37,373 nt of DNA from Candidatus Aenigmatarchaeota archaeon (GCA_043801595.1 JAZDLW010000017.1:1-37373), one strand, 5' to 3'. Shown: positions 1 through 8,450, counted from the stretch's first letter. A program made the numbers and translations. The notes: generated from the sequence alone by a model not told the origin.

Positions 1-65
1 CATAATACTATCTGGATCACGACAAATTAATCGTGCAAATGCGCAAAACAACGCTTTCGGAAAAA

Positions 66-563
66 CTACTTGAACATCTTCATCTGCGTTGACGCGATCT
101 CCTCGCCGTTTTCGGCATCAAAGATTATGGACAGGGCTTTAAGATTCTTTAAAAATATGTTTACGTGCCAGGACGGCCCAGCTTCGCTCTTGGAGTTTGT
201 CGATGTCCTAAGCACGAGCATTACCCTTGCAATGTTTTCCGCCTGGACCTTGGTTTTGCACTTCGATAATATGTCCTCCGGTTTTGCACAGGCTTTGTCG
301 ATGTTCAGCGGCGGTATTTCAGACTCTTTCATGGGCGGCGAAAGACCGGAAAATTCCAAATCATTGCCATTGAAAGAAAACGATGCCAACTCGTTTTTTG
401 ACTTGTTGTACAAATTAACCATAACCTGCTTTGGGGGGGTTGAAAACGAGTCGGTCATGACAATAATCGATGATAGAAAATAACCGTCTGTTAACAATTT
501 ACTGACCTTTTCATTACTGTCCAACAGCCCTCTGATAGCAGACAAATCAATCAAACAAACCAA
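66..563 (-). CDS. Hypothetical protein with PepSY-like C-terminus
   Basis: 165-aa ORF with an uncertain TTG start. The C-terminal WHVNIF...IIFDAENGEEI resembles the PepSY 'W.V....IDA.tGEI' pattern. Confidence 0.6.
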   Translation of the reverse strand: MVCLIDLSAIRGLLDSNEKVSKLLTDGYFLSSIIVMTDSFSTPPKQVMVNLYNKSKNELASFSFNGNDLEFSGLSPPMKESEIPPLNIDKACAKPEDILSKCKTKVQAENIARVMLVLRTSTNSKSEAGPSWHVNIFLKNLKALSIIFDAENGEEIASTQMKMFK

Positions 564-663
564 CCGCTTAATACTTCAGCTAACCGCAGACAAATAAATA
601 AGTATAACATCAACTCAAAGCTAGTAAACTGGCGCACATCAAAGATGTGTGCCTGGCTACGGC

Positions 664-736
664 GGGTCCGTGGTCTAGTGGTTAGGACGTCGCGTTTACA
701 CCGCGAAAACCACCGGTTCGAATCCGGTCGGACCCA
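664..736 (+). tRNA. tRNA-Val(TAC)
   Basis: Acceptor GGGTCCG/CGGACCC-A, anticodon arm TCGCG-TT-TAC-AC-CGCGA, T-loop TTCGAAT; CCA not encoded. Confidence 0.97.
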
Positions 737-748
737 TTCCAAGTCCTT

Positions 749-851
749 CATAGAAAATCAAGGATTTTCTATGCACGACACAGAAAATCAATGTGTTTTC
801 TGTGCACGGAAAGCTTCGGCTTTCCGTTGAAACCATAGGTTTTCGTTGTTT
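749..851 (+). repeat. Composite palindromic element (family A): four tandem hairpins
   Basis: CATAGAAAATC/GATTTTCTATG, ACAGAAAA/TTTTCTGT, ACGGAAAGC-TTCG-GCTTTCCGT and GAAACC/GGTTTTC, followed by GTTGTTT. Same layout as 12465-12547. Confidence 0.85.
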
Positions 852-920
852 AACAAAAAGTGCTTGGATCTCCAAAAATGAGATAGACCTGTAAGGGAAC
901 TTTGGTTCCCTTGGGGGGGG

Positions 921-1046
921 GGGCCGGTAGATCAACGGTAGATCGCCACATTGGCACAAGCCTTTTCTTTCATAAGGAAAAGCCTTGAGGGAAAAGAAAC
1001 GCTTACGACATTGTGGAGGCTTCGGGTTCGAATCCCGACCGGTCCA
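921..1046 (+). tRNA. tRNA-Ala(GGC) with a 54-nt intron at 37/38 (957-1010)
   Basis: Acceptor GGGCCGG/CCGGTCC-A with G3:U70; CCACA-TT-GGC-A|intron|T-TGTGG; T-arm TCGGG-TTCGAAT-CCCGA. Relaxed BHB with inner helix AAGC/GCTT. Confidence 0.93.
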
Positions 1047-1146
1047 TTCAAAATCCCTTTTAACAAAAGGTATTTTGATTTCCCAAAATGATTTGGGCGC
1101 TCGAGAGCACAAAATAAATTTATTACATTGAGGAAAGGGTAGTACG

Positions 1147-1172
1147 GTAGGGGAAACCTTGGTTTCCCCTGC
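1147..1172. repeat. Solo family-A-like hairpin (another at 893-912)
   Basis: GTAGGGGAAACC-TT-GGTTTCCCCTGC; AAGGGAAC-TTTG-GTTCCCTT at 893-912. Confidence 0.75.
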
Positions 1173-1211
1173 GTTCCGATGAAGAAAACCCTATGGGCGG
1201 ACTGAGGGCGC
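1171..1211 (+). ncRNA. Candidate minimal box C/D (K-turn) small RNA
   Basis: Terminal stem GCGTTC/GGGCGC, box C-like ATGAAGA, 16-nt spacer, box D CTGA, then a T-run. Confidence 0.45.
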
Positions 1212-1282
1212 TATTTTTACAGCCAACCGGGCAAAAACTTATTTTATTAGGGTTGCGAATAAACATTTAATAGGTAAGTGGG

Positions 1283-2425
1283 ATGGAAAGTTTTGCGGTA
1301 TTACTTATAATGTCCTTGCTTTTTCTTGGAATCCTGTTCCTTGGAACCTCGTTAATGGAAGGCATTCCGGGCGGAAATGTCGTGCAAAAAGTTTCGAAAA
1401 TAGACGTAGCATCAATGCCTCAGTTCTTCCTCGGATTCACGAAAGAGGACAAGGCCAGAACAATAAACTACGACTCATTTGTGATAGGCGCAAACTCCTC
1501 AATGAATATACGCGAAGTTTTGGTGCAGGACATCGCGAACGGACTGTTTTCGTACAAAGATTTGTCCCTAGAAATAAACCTTCAGCCAGCCACTGTAACG
1601 GAAGCGGTTGCGGGAAGCGTTTCTTTGGAAATAACCAGCACGAACAACTACGGCAACCTTGCGGTTTCGTGGAATGGAAAGGAGTATTACAATGACAAGC
1701 CAGCGGCTGGGAAGATTGATGTAAACATACCGAAAGAGGCGATAAAGGAATCGAACACGCTAATCGTCAAATCAACAGGGCCGGGTGCACGGTTCTGGGC
1801 GTCGTCTTTCTACGCCTTGCAAAATGTGCATTTTGACATAATAACAAAATCGAAGAGAAGTCTGTTCTTCGATGTATTTCCAGAAGAGCTCCCGACGTGG
1901 AGCGCGGGTGTGTTGAACTTCAGAAGAGCGGATTATTCTTCTGCCGATGGAACATTAAAAGCCTCGATAAACGGGAAGGCTATATACGGCAGGTTCCCAA
2001 AACAAACCGATTCGATTGAGATAGGCCCGTCAGATATAAGGTCTGGCAAAAACGTCATAACTCTGGAAAGCGACAGCACATTCTCGTTAAGCAATGTTTT
2101 CTTGAACGTGTTCCTCTGGCGCAACAGGACGCCCGGTGTCTCGACGTCATTCAAACTTAACGGGGACGATTTGTTCCTTTTGAACAGCAGCAAGTTCTCG
2201 GGCGTTGTCGAGATAAACGTGGGTTCTGTGCTAAAGCCTGCAGCCATCGAAGTCCGCTTCAACAGCAGCAGGGGAATTAAATCGATTTTCATAACCGAGT
2301 TGAAAGATACCATTGATGCGGAATTCGGCGCAGACCAGGTCAACGAAGGCAACAACACGATGACACTGCTGTCCGACGGCTCAATGGAAATAAAATCCGT
2401 GGACATATTCCTCCAGGGTGGATGA
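1283..2425 (+). CDS. N-terminally anchored, beta-rich extracellular protein
   Basis: 380 aa; hydrophobic N-terminus; three repeated beta-sandwich-like segments ending '(K/G).N.(L/I/M).(L/V).S'; ATGA overlap with the next gene. Confidence 0.75.
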   Translation: MESFAVLLIMSLLFLGILFLGTSLMEGIPGGNVVQKVSKIDVASMPQFFLGFTKEDKARTINYDSFVIGANSSMNIREVLVQDIANGLFSYKDLSLEINLQPATVTEAVAGSVSLEITSTNNYGNLAVSWNGKEYYNDKPAAGKIDVNIPKEAIKESNTLIVKSTGPGARFWASSFYALQNVHFDIITKSKRSLFFDVFPEELPTWSAGVLNFRRADYSSADGTLKASINGKAIYGRFPKQTDSIEIGPSDIRSGKNVITLESDSTFSLSNVFLNVFLWRNRTPGVSTSFKLNGDDLFLLNSSKFSGVVEINVGSVLKPAAIEVRFNSSRGIKSIFITELKDTIDAEFGADQVNEGNNTMTLLSDGSMEIKSVDIFLQGG

Positions 2426-3750
2426 TTGTGTCTTTAAAGGACGAGCTGATAAAGAAGGCTGCGGAAAAAATGCAGGCAAATGAAAAGCCGGCGCCGCAGC
2501 AATACTCTCCGGGAAAGAGCTGGAAAAGCTTAGTGTACAGATTGCTCGCCGCTGCATTGTACTTTGTCGTGCTGTCTTTATTCAGGTTCTGGACAACGGG
2601 TGTTTTTCTGATAATATTTTTCGTAATCATAGGGCTTTACATTTTTGCGTACGGCCCGATTGACGCGACGGGTTTCGTGACGTGGGCTGTCATAATAATG
2701 GTAATATTCGGAGGCGGAGGCTGGTTATTGGTTTACAGCCCGTGGAAATCCACGATAACAGCCTATTACAACAACGCACTAAGCAGTGTGAACAAAGTCG
2801 CAGAAGCGTCGCAAAACTTTTTCTCGCAGATGGACTGTCTCACCAATCCGCTGTTAGAAAGATGCTACAAGTCAGGAACTACGACTGTGCAAAAAAGCAG
2901 GAACGGACTTGAGTTAACAAGCTTATCGGCAGAGCCGTCGGTTATGGTCGGGCAAATCGCCCGCGTGTTTGCGGCTGTTAAAAATCAGGGCGACTCCAAC
3001 GCAACGGTTAAAAAAATGAGGATAATCGCTGGCGAAGGAAAGGACGCGAAAATAATAAACAAGATCGATTGTCCGGAATGCGCAAACGGCATAGTTGGCG
3101 AAAAGATAATGCCAAATTCCAAACGGGACCTGACATCGGAAATAACAATACCGTGCCAAAAAATATCATCATACCCATTCACGTTAAACATGGAATACGA
3201 ATACGACGCAAGCGCTGCTCTACCGGTAGATGTAATGAACTCGCATGACTACAACACAAAAACAGCGAACAAGGACGTGTTTTTGGCTCAGCCGACCGTC
3301 GATTCATCAAGCGGGCCTGTCCAAACAAGCATTTCCGTGGGAATAGAAGGCTACCAACCGTTAAAGGGCGGGACAAAAAACATAGTGTTCGCAAGATTGA
3401 CCAACCTTGGCACAGGATCATTCAAGCTGAATAACGCGAAATTATCGTTTGCGCCATTCAGTCTGACAAACTGCAAGGTTAACGGCGATTCCACCGATCC
3501 TACGAAAATCAACGACCCGTCAGGAAGATCTTACGGCAATGAAAAATTCATCACAATAAGCTGCGACACAAGCGTAAACAACGTCGAGGGAACGAAAAGG
3601 TTCGTTGCAACAGTCGAGGCGTCGTACCTGTATAACGTAAACAAAACTGCTTCCGCGGATGTCGACCAATCGGGATTTGACGCGTGCAACGCAGCGACGA
3701 CGACAACAATCGCGACAACAACCACGACTTCGGTACCGCCGACGCCTTAA
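2422..3750 (+). CDS. Multi-TM-anchored surface protein with two Ig-like domains (paralog of 4584 and 5501)
   Basis: About 3 TM helices, Cys pairs, motifs YEYEY / SSGPVQTSI / TNLGTG / ASYLY, and a Thr-rich tail. Confidence 0.8.
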   Translation: MIVSLKDELIKKAAEKMQANEKPAPQQYSPGKSWKSLVYRLLAAALYFVVLSLFRFWTTGVFLIIFFVIIGLYIFAYGPIDATGFVTWAVIIMVIFGGGGWLLVYSPWKSTITAYYNNALSSVNKVAEASQNFFSQMDCLTNPLLERCYKSGTTTVQKSRNGLELTSLSAEPSVMVGQIARVFAAVKNQGDSNATVKKMRIIAGEGKDAKIINKIDCPECANGIVGEKIMPNSKRDLTSEITIPCQKISSYPFTLNMEYEYDASAALPVDVMNSHDYNTKTANKDVFLAQPTVDSSSGPVQTSISVGIEGYQPLKGGTKNIVFARLTNLGTGSFKLNNAKLSFAPFSLTNCKVNGDSTDPTKINDPSGRSYGNEKFITISCDTSVNNVEGTKRFVATVEASYLYNVNKTASADVDQSGFDACNAATTTTIATTTTTSVPPTP

Positions 3751-4550
3751 GCAAAAACAGCCAACCGAAGCGCGTCCCTTAACCCGGGCGCAAGACCCAA
3801 TACGAGAATAACAAGCTTGATAAATGTCCGGAAATTTTTGTCCTTTATGTCCTTGTCGAGGATCAGGATAACCGCGCCTATGATCAGGAGCTTCAGCGGA
3901 AACATCGCGACAGGCCCGAATAAACCCATTAAAAATGTCGGGACCATGTGCTGCTCTCCATAGTTAAAAAACGATATTGCGACGAATGTTGACGATGCGT
4001 CGAGCATATGCGCGGCGAGAACAGCGAAATTTTCTTTTGTGAGTATTTTTGCAAACTTCATTCCCGCAAGATAAATCACGGCGTTTGAAATCGCAAACAA
4101 TGAGAGGACATACACAAGTCCCGCAAGGTTGTGTGCGTTGGATAGTATGAAAATTATTATAACAACTGCAGGCGCAAGTGCAATGAACGACAGCGTTTTC
4201 CAGTACGCGATTTTCATTTCCTTTTCCAAGATTTTGGAGATTACAAACGACACGAGGAACAGAAAACCCATCAAAACGTAAATGGAAGGCGTGTCAAAGA
4301 TAATTTTCGGGAGTATTCCCATGTCTTTGAGAACATGCAACGACGATGCTAACACCGCAAACGACGAGAATGCCAGCGCAAAGTTTTTATCAATGGTTAC
4401 GCGCTTTTTTAGGACCTTTTCATATAAAATGTATGCAACAAAAAATAGAACGATAGCATACACAACCGTGTTCACGACATTGTATTTGCCTGTTTGGTTA
4501 ACAAGCGGATCGATAAAATAGTTGTTTGCAATGTCCTCGAACAAGCCCAT
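3747..4550 (-). CDS. DUF63 family archaeal membrane protein
   Basis: Motifs YNVVNTVVY, HMLDASSTFVA..F.YGEQH, LGLAPGLRD; polytopic. Confidence 0.88.
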   Translation of the reverse strand: MGLFEDIANNYFIDPLVNQTGKYNVVNTVVYAIVLFFVAYILYEKVLKKRVTIDKNFALAFSSFAVLASSLHVLKDMGILPKIIFDTPSIYVLMGFLFLVSFVISKILEKEMKIAYWKTLSFIALAPAVVIIIFILSNAHNLAGLVYVLSLFAISNAVIYLAGMKFAKILTKENFAVLAAHMLDASSTFVAISFFNYGEQHMVPTFLMGLFGPVAMFPLKLLIIGAVILILDKDIKDKNFRTFIKLVILVLGLAPGLRDALRLAVFA

Positions 4551-4583
4551 AGTTTAATATCCTGAAGCAAGATTAATCTATTT

Positions 4584-5441
4584 ATGAAACACGTCATGGC
4601 CGTTGTTGCTATTGTGCTCGTGGTTCTGGTTTCCGGCTGTACGGATAACAACACAACGCAGCCGATGAAAACCAATGAAATCGTTGTTTTGGAAAACACA
4701 GAGGCTGTTCCGAACGAGGTGAAACCGGAAAGGAATTTCGTGCTTAACGGATTTGTTACCAATAACGCCGAGGAAAAAGTCGGCAATGTCCGCGTAGAGC
4801 TTTCAGACTATTGCTCATCCGTTTTTGACGTTGAAAAGACGACGTGCGCGCTGACGTCATCGGACGGCTATTCAGCGTGCGCATTCCAGCTTGGCATCGG
4901 GGCGTCGAAAAAGTTCCAGTGGAACTTAAAAGCGCCCACGGCTGAAAGAACAGCGAACCGCAATTTCGACTGCAGCATGATCGTTAAAACAAACTACTCA
5001 TACGTTTCCCGCGGATCTGTCGGAGTAATATTCGCAAACAATGCGGAGATAGCTGCGCGCGAGGCGGGGTTGTCGTCAGTTACGAGCGACGGCCCTGTAA
5101 AGACGTACATAACAATAGAATCTCCGCAACCTATTGGAAAGGACGAGATTTTTGACGTAAAGATCGTAATCAGGAACGAAGGTGCGGGAGAGATCGAGGG
5201 CGGAGGGATAACGAAGCCGAATTTCAAACTAGCCGCCCCGTCGGAGCTTACGGTGAACTGTGACACGCCGCTATTTATCGACTTGTCCGGAACAAAAAAA
5301 GAATCCGACCCTATATTCTGTACAATCAAAGCGCCGGACTCGCTGCCGCCGAGAGTTACGAAATACCTGACAGCCGAGTTATCGTATGCTTACAAATTTA
5401 CGAGCGTCCTGCCTGTAAAACTGGTTGTGGAGAAGCCGTAG
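4584..5441 (+). CDS. Predicted lipoprotein with two Ig-like domains
   Basis: Lipobox LVSGC; motifs NYSY / SDGPVKTYI / RNEGAG / LSYAY. Confidence 0.8.
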   Translation: MKHVMAVVAIVLVVLVSGCTDNNTTQPMKTNEIVVLENTEAVPNEVKPERNFVLNGFVTNNAEEKVGNVRVELSDYCSSVFDVEKTTCALTSSDGYSACAFQLGIGASKKFQWNLKAPTAERTANRNFDCSMIVKTNYSYVSRGSVGVIFANNAEIAAREAGLSSVTSDGPVKTYITIESPQPIGKDEIFDVKIVIRNEGAGEIEGGGITKPNFKLAAPSELTVNCDTPLFIDLSGTKKESDPIFCTIKAPDSLPPRVTKYLTAELSYAYKFTSVLPVKLVVEKP

Positions 5442-5500
5442 CAGATTTAAATAAACACGCGGGGAAACTAATTAATAGAAAGTTTTAAGGCGTGCGATAA

Positions 5501-6871
5501 ATGAAACTGGCAATACTCGGCATTGTTTTGGCTATAATCGTATCAGGCTGCACGACTACTGATGCGTCCACTGGCAGCAACGGTGGTTCTGTTGTTATCA
5601 AATCTTTTGTTGCGGACAGCACTGCAATAAGGGGAAACGACAAAGTCTCGCTTTCTGCGGAGATAGTTAACACAGGCGACTCGAAAGCAACAGCCGTCAA
5701 AGTTCAATTGTTGGAATTGGATGTCAAATGTGATGTTCCATCCTGCGATGCGACCAACACACAATGGGGTTTGCAAAGCGGTAAAAAGAGCGATAGTATA
5801 TCCGACCTGAGAATAAACCAGCGCGGTGAAGAGGCCATACCGAAACAATATTCTTGGAGGGTGCAGGCACCACAATTACCGGTCGGCATAGTCCAGAATT
5901 ACCAGGCTACCGCAAGGGTATCTTTCGGTTATTCAACAACCACGATAAAACAGATCCAACTCGTCACATTTGATGAATACCAGAGGCTAAAGGACAAGGG
6001 CGAAACGCTGCCCGTAACTACGGCGCAACCGTCGAACGGCCCGCTGGGCGTTGATGTGCGCGTAAACGAGCCTGTAAAGATTGAAGGCGGTTCCGAGACA
6101 TTCATGCTAGTTGTTGCTGTAACAAACCTTGCTGGCGGAAACACGTTCCTTGACAATGACCCGAACGCTGTTACAAAGTGGAATCTAGCAAAGCTTACGC
6201 TTGCACTGCCTTCGGGCCTAAGCATGGTTGACAGCACAGGCGATTGCGTCGCTTTGACTGGTAGTGGATTAAACATAGAACTTTCAAAGGGCAAGGACTT
6301 CAAGATTGCGTGTGAGGTAAGGGCAACCTCTCCTCTCGCTGCTGTCTCAAAGACTGTTGTTGTAAGGGCTGATTATGGGTATTTCGTTGATGCCAAACTT
6401 GCAACTCCAATAGAGGTGACCGGACGCGAGAATTATGTTACTCCTACAGGAACGCCGACTGGCGGCGGGGCTACGACAACAACAGTAGTCGGAGGCACGA
6501 GTGCGGACACAGAAGCGCCCGCAGCTGTTTCAAGTGCAAATTTCCAGGTTTCGGCGGCGATTAAAGACCCGAACACTGCAGGGAAGTGGATTATTTCCGC
6601 AATAACGTTCACACAACCTTCTGATAATAAGGGGGTAACAGCGTTTGATATAATAGTGGACAAAGTACAGCCAACAGCAGATTGCGGCAATTGCGCAAGC
6701 CTTGCAAGAATAACATCGCCTGCTGTGAAAAATACCGGCGACCTGATAACTGCGGGTCCTGCAAACAACCTTGACCAGCAGTCAACGTACTACGTAGTTG
6801 TCCGTGCAAAGGATGCTGCAGGAAACATAGGGCCGATTGCGCAGAAAACCGTACAGACAGGACAATACTAG
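5501..6871 (+). CDS. Predicted lipoprotein: two Ig-like domains, Thr/Gly linker, C-terminal fibronectin type III-like domain
   Basis: Lipobox IVSGC; SNGPLGVDV / TNLAGG / ADYGY; linker TPTGTPTGGGATTTT; FN3-like DTEAP...SDNKGV...STYYVVVRAKDAAGN. Confidence 0.82.
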   Translation: MKLAILGIVLAIIVSGCTTTDASTGSNGGSVVIKSFVADSTAIRGNDKVSLSAEIVNTGDSKATAVKVQLLELDVKCDVPSCDATNTQWGLQSGKKSDSISDLRINQRGEEAIPKQYSWRVQAPQLPVGIVQNYQATARVSFGYSTTTIKQIQLVTFDEYQRLKDKGETLPVTTAQPSNGPLGVDVRVNEPVKIEGGSETFMLVVAVTNLAGGNTFLDNDPNAVTKWNLAKLTLALPSGLSMVDSTGDCVALTGSGLNIELSKGKDFKIACEVRATSPLAAVSKTVVVRADYGYFVDAKLATPIEVTGRENYVTPTGTPTGGGATTTTVVGGTSADTEAPAAVSSANFQVSAAIKDPNTAGKWIISAITFTQPSDNKGVTAFDIIVDKVQPTADCGNCASLARITSPAVKNTGDLITAGPANNLDQQSTYYVVVRAKDAAGNIGPIAQKTVQTGQY

Positions 6872-6878
6872 GCTGGAT

Positions 6879-8147
6879 TTATCGGGAAAACTCTTTCAAA
6901 ACTTTTTGTCCGCTTTTTTGGGGCAGCAATTCCTCATTACCGAACAACGGAACACCGTAAACGCCGTCGTAACCGGGTTTATACTTCAAACCGCTGCGCG
7001 ATTTGATTATTGCGGCCGCGATCCTTTCGTGCGTGACCTTTTTCAGCTCTTCAAAGGAGGCGTCCATTAGAACATTCAGCTCTGTTCCGAACCTTGAAAC
7101 AATTTTATCGTGCTCTTCGGTCACTTTTTTCGAATAAAGCGCGCTCACGCCGGTGACGTGTGATATTATTTCGTACAGCGGCAGCAATGTCTTGAACGGT
7201 ATTGCGGCTTCCGGAACAAAACCCTCGGGTCGATCTGCGAGCTGCTCTACGCGATTTAAAACGCCTATGGTAAGCATCCGCTTGCAGCGCGGGCAGATTC
7301 CATTCATTTTATTCGTTTCCTCCGGATCAAAAGAAACATTGCAATCTCGGTGGCCGTCTACGTGGTATTTTCCGTAATTCGGGTCGACCTCTATCGTATA
7401 GAGGAATTTTTTATTGTCTTTGTTTTTGATAGCGCCGAAAATTTCTTTGTAGTCAGGCGCTTCGAGATCAAAAACATTCGCCTCGCGTCCGAGCCGCCAT
7501 GCCCACGGCGAATGCGAGTCGGAATTCGAAACCAGCGCAAAATCATCGAGGCTTGAAACGCGCCAGTTCATCGCAGGGTCCGAAGACAGGCCTGTCTCAA
7601 CAGCGAATATACGCCTTGTCTGGTCTTCGAAACATTCTTTGACAGAATCAAAGCCGGACATCGAACCGAGCATCGAAAACCAAGGTGTCCATATGTGCGC
7701 TGGTATGATGAAAACGTTCTTTGATATCGACGACATCATCTCGACGAATTCAGGACAGCTTATTTTTGTCAATATCGGCCTGCCGTCAGACGCGAGATTC
7801 CCATATTTGTCCAGCTTCTCATTGATCTGATCAACCGTTTCGAAATCTGGCGCGAATATGATGTTGTGGATTTTTTTCGTGTGCTCCTTGACCCTGTAAA
7901 TCAGAGACACTTCCGATGAAAGCATGAACATGGTTTTGGTTTTTTTATCCGAGAATAATCCCGCATCGTCGATTTTTTCCAGCGATGATTTCAATTCGCG
8001 CAGCTGCAACGGGTGGGTGAAATCGCCGGTTCCGAGAATGTTAAGGCCTTTTATCTCGGCGAACCTGCCGAGGTTCGCTATGTTCATCTGCGGCGAAGTG
8101 GCGCGGCTGTATTTTGAGTGCGAGTGCAAGTCTGCAATGATCTGCAT
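6879..8147 (-). CDS. endoQ: Endonuclease Q (PHP family, deaminated-base repair)
   Basis: Start corrected to ATG 8147 (MQIIADLHSHSKYS). Motifs GTGDFTHP, PAHIWTPWFS, ETGLSSDP, SNSDSHS, GKYH.DGHR.C, CPRC, PGYDGVYG. Confidence 0.92.
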   Translation of the reverse strand: MQIIADLHSHSKYSRATSPQMNIANLGRFAEIKGLNILGTGDFTHPLQLRELKSSLEKIDDAGLFSDKKTKTMFMLSSEVSLIYRVKEHTKKIHNIIFAPDFETVDQINEKLDKYGNLASDGRPILTKISCPEFVEMMSSISKNVFIIPAHIWTPWFSMLGSMSGFDSVKECFEDQTRRIFAVETGLSSDPAMNWRVSSLDDFALVSNSDSHSPWAWRLGREANVFDLEAPDYKEIFGAIKNKDNKKFLYTIEVDPNYGKYHVDGHRDCNVSFDPEETNKMNGICPRCKRMLTIGVLNRVEQLADRPEGFVPEAAIPFKTLLPLYEIISHVTGVSALYSKKVTEEHDKIVSRFGTELNVLMDASFEELKKVTHERIAAAIIKSRSGLKYKPGYDGVYGVPLFGNEELLPQKSGQKVLKEFSR

Positions 8148-8181
8148 ATTGTATAACAAACTCTGCTGGGTTAAAAATGAG

Positions 8182-8317
8182 TGGGCCCGACCGGATTCGA
8201 ACCGGCGACCGTGCCGTTCTTTTACCAAGAATTACGGCGTCTACGCAGCTTAGTTTCGCAAGCAGAAGCTTGCGGGCCTTATAAGACCGTCGCTCTACCA
8301 AGCTGAGCTACAGGCCC
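8182..8317 (-). tRNA. tRNA-Ile(TAT) with two introns: 40 nt at 38/39 (8278-8239) and 22 nt at 44/45 (8232-8211)
   Basis: Removing both introns gives a 74-nt cloverleaf: GGGCCTG TA GCTC AGCTTGGTA GAGC G ACGGT CT TAT AA GCCGT AGGTC GCCGG TTCGAAT CCGGT CGGGCCC A. Both introns have BHB-type junctions. Confidence 0.88.
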
Positions 8318-8450
8318 ACATCAAACTGAAACCGGTGTTATTTTGCGTGCATAGGTTTCGATTTACTTCTTAATCATATCTGCCGCAAGTTTAAAAAGAT
8401 GCAGCGACTCTTTCGAAGAGCTTAAAAATACGCCGTCTCATTCTAATGGT

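Noticed and set aside
749..851. Hairpin arrays as CRISPR
   Set aside because: The units are not identical direct repeats, there are no regular spacers, and no cas genes are present.
551..1112. ORFs 551-751, 645-830 and 696-1112
   Set aside because: They overlap tRNA-Val, tRNA-Ala and the hairpin repeats, so they are shadow ORFs.
1130..1137. GAGGAAAG as the start of RNase P RNA
   Set aside because: It is not followed by TCC, no matching 3' conserved P4 strand was seen, and the space is too short.
8239..8280. Canonical 37/38 placement of Ile intron 1
   Set aside because: CTTA/TAAG pairing would leave extra bases in the anticodon arm, and the alternative 37/38 junction has a mismatched central helix. 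The 38/39 placement gives four pairs and a normal A37-A38.
8148..8301. N-terminal extension of EndoQ to 8228 and ORF 8041-8301
   Set aside because: Both run through the tRNA-Ile gene; the PHP motif starts at ATG 8147.
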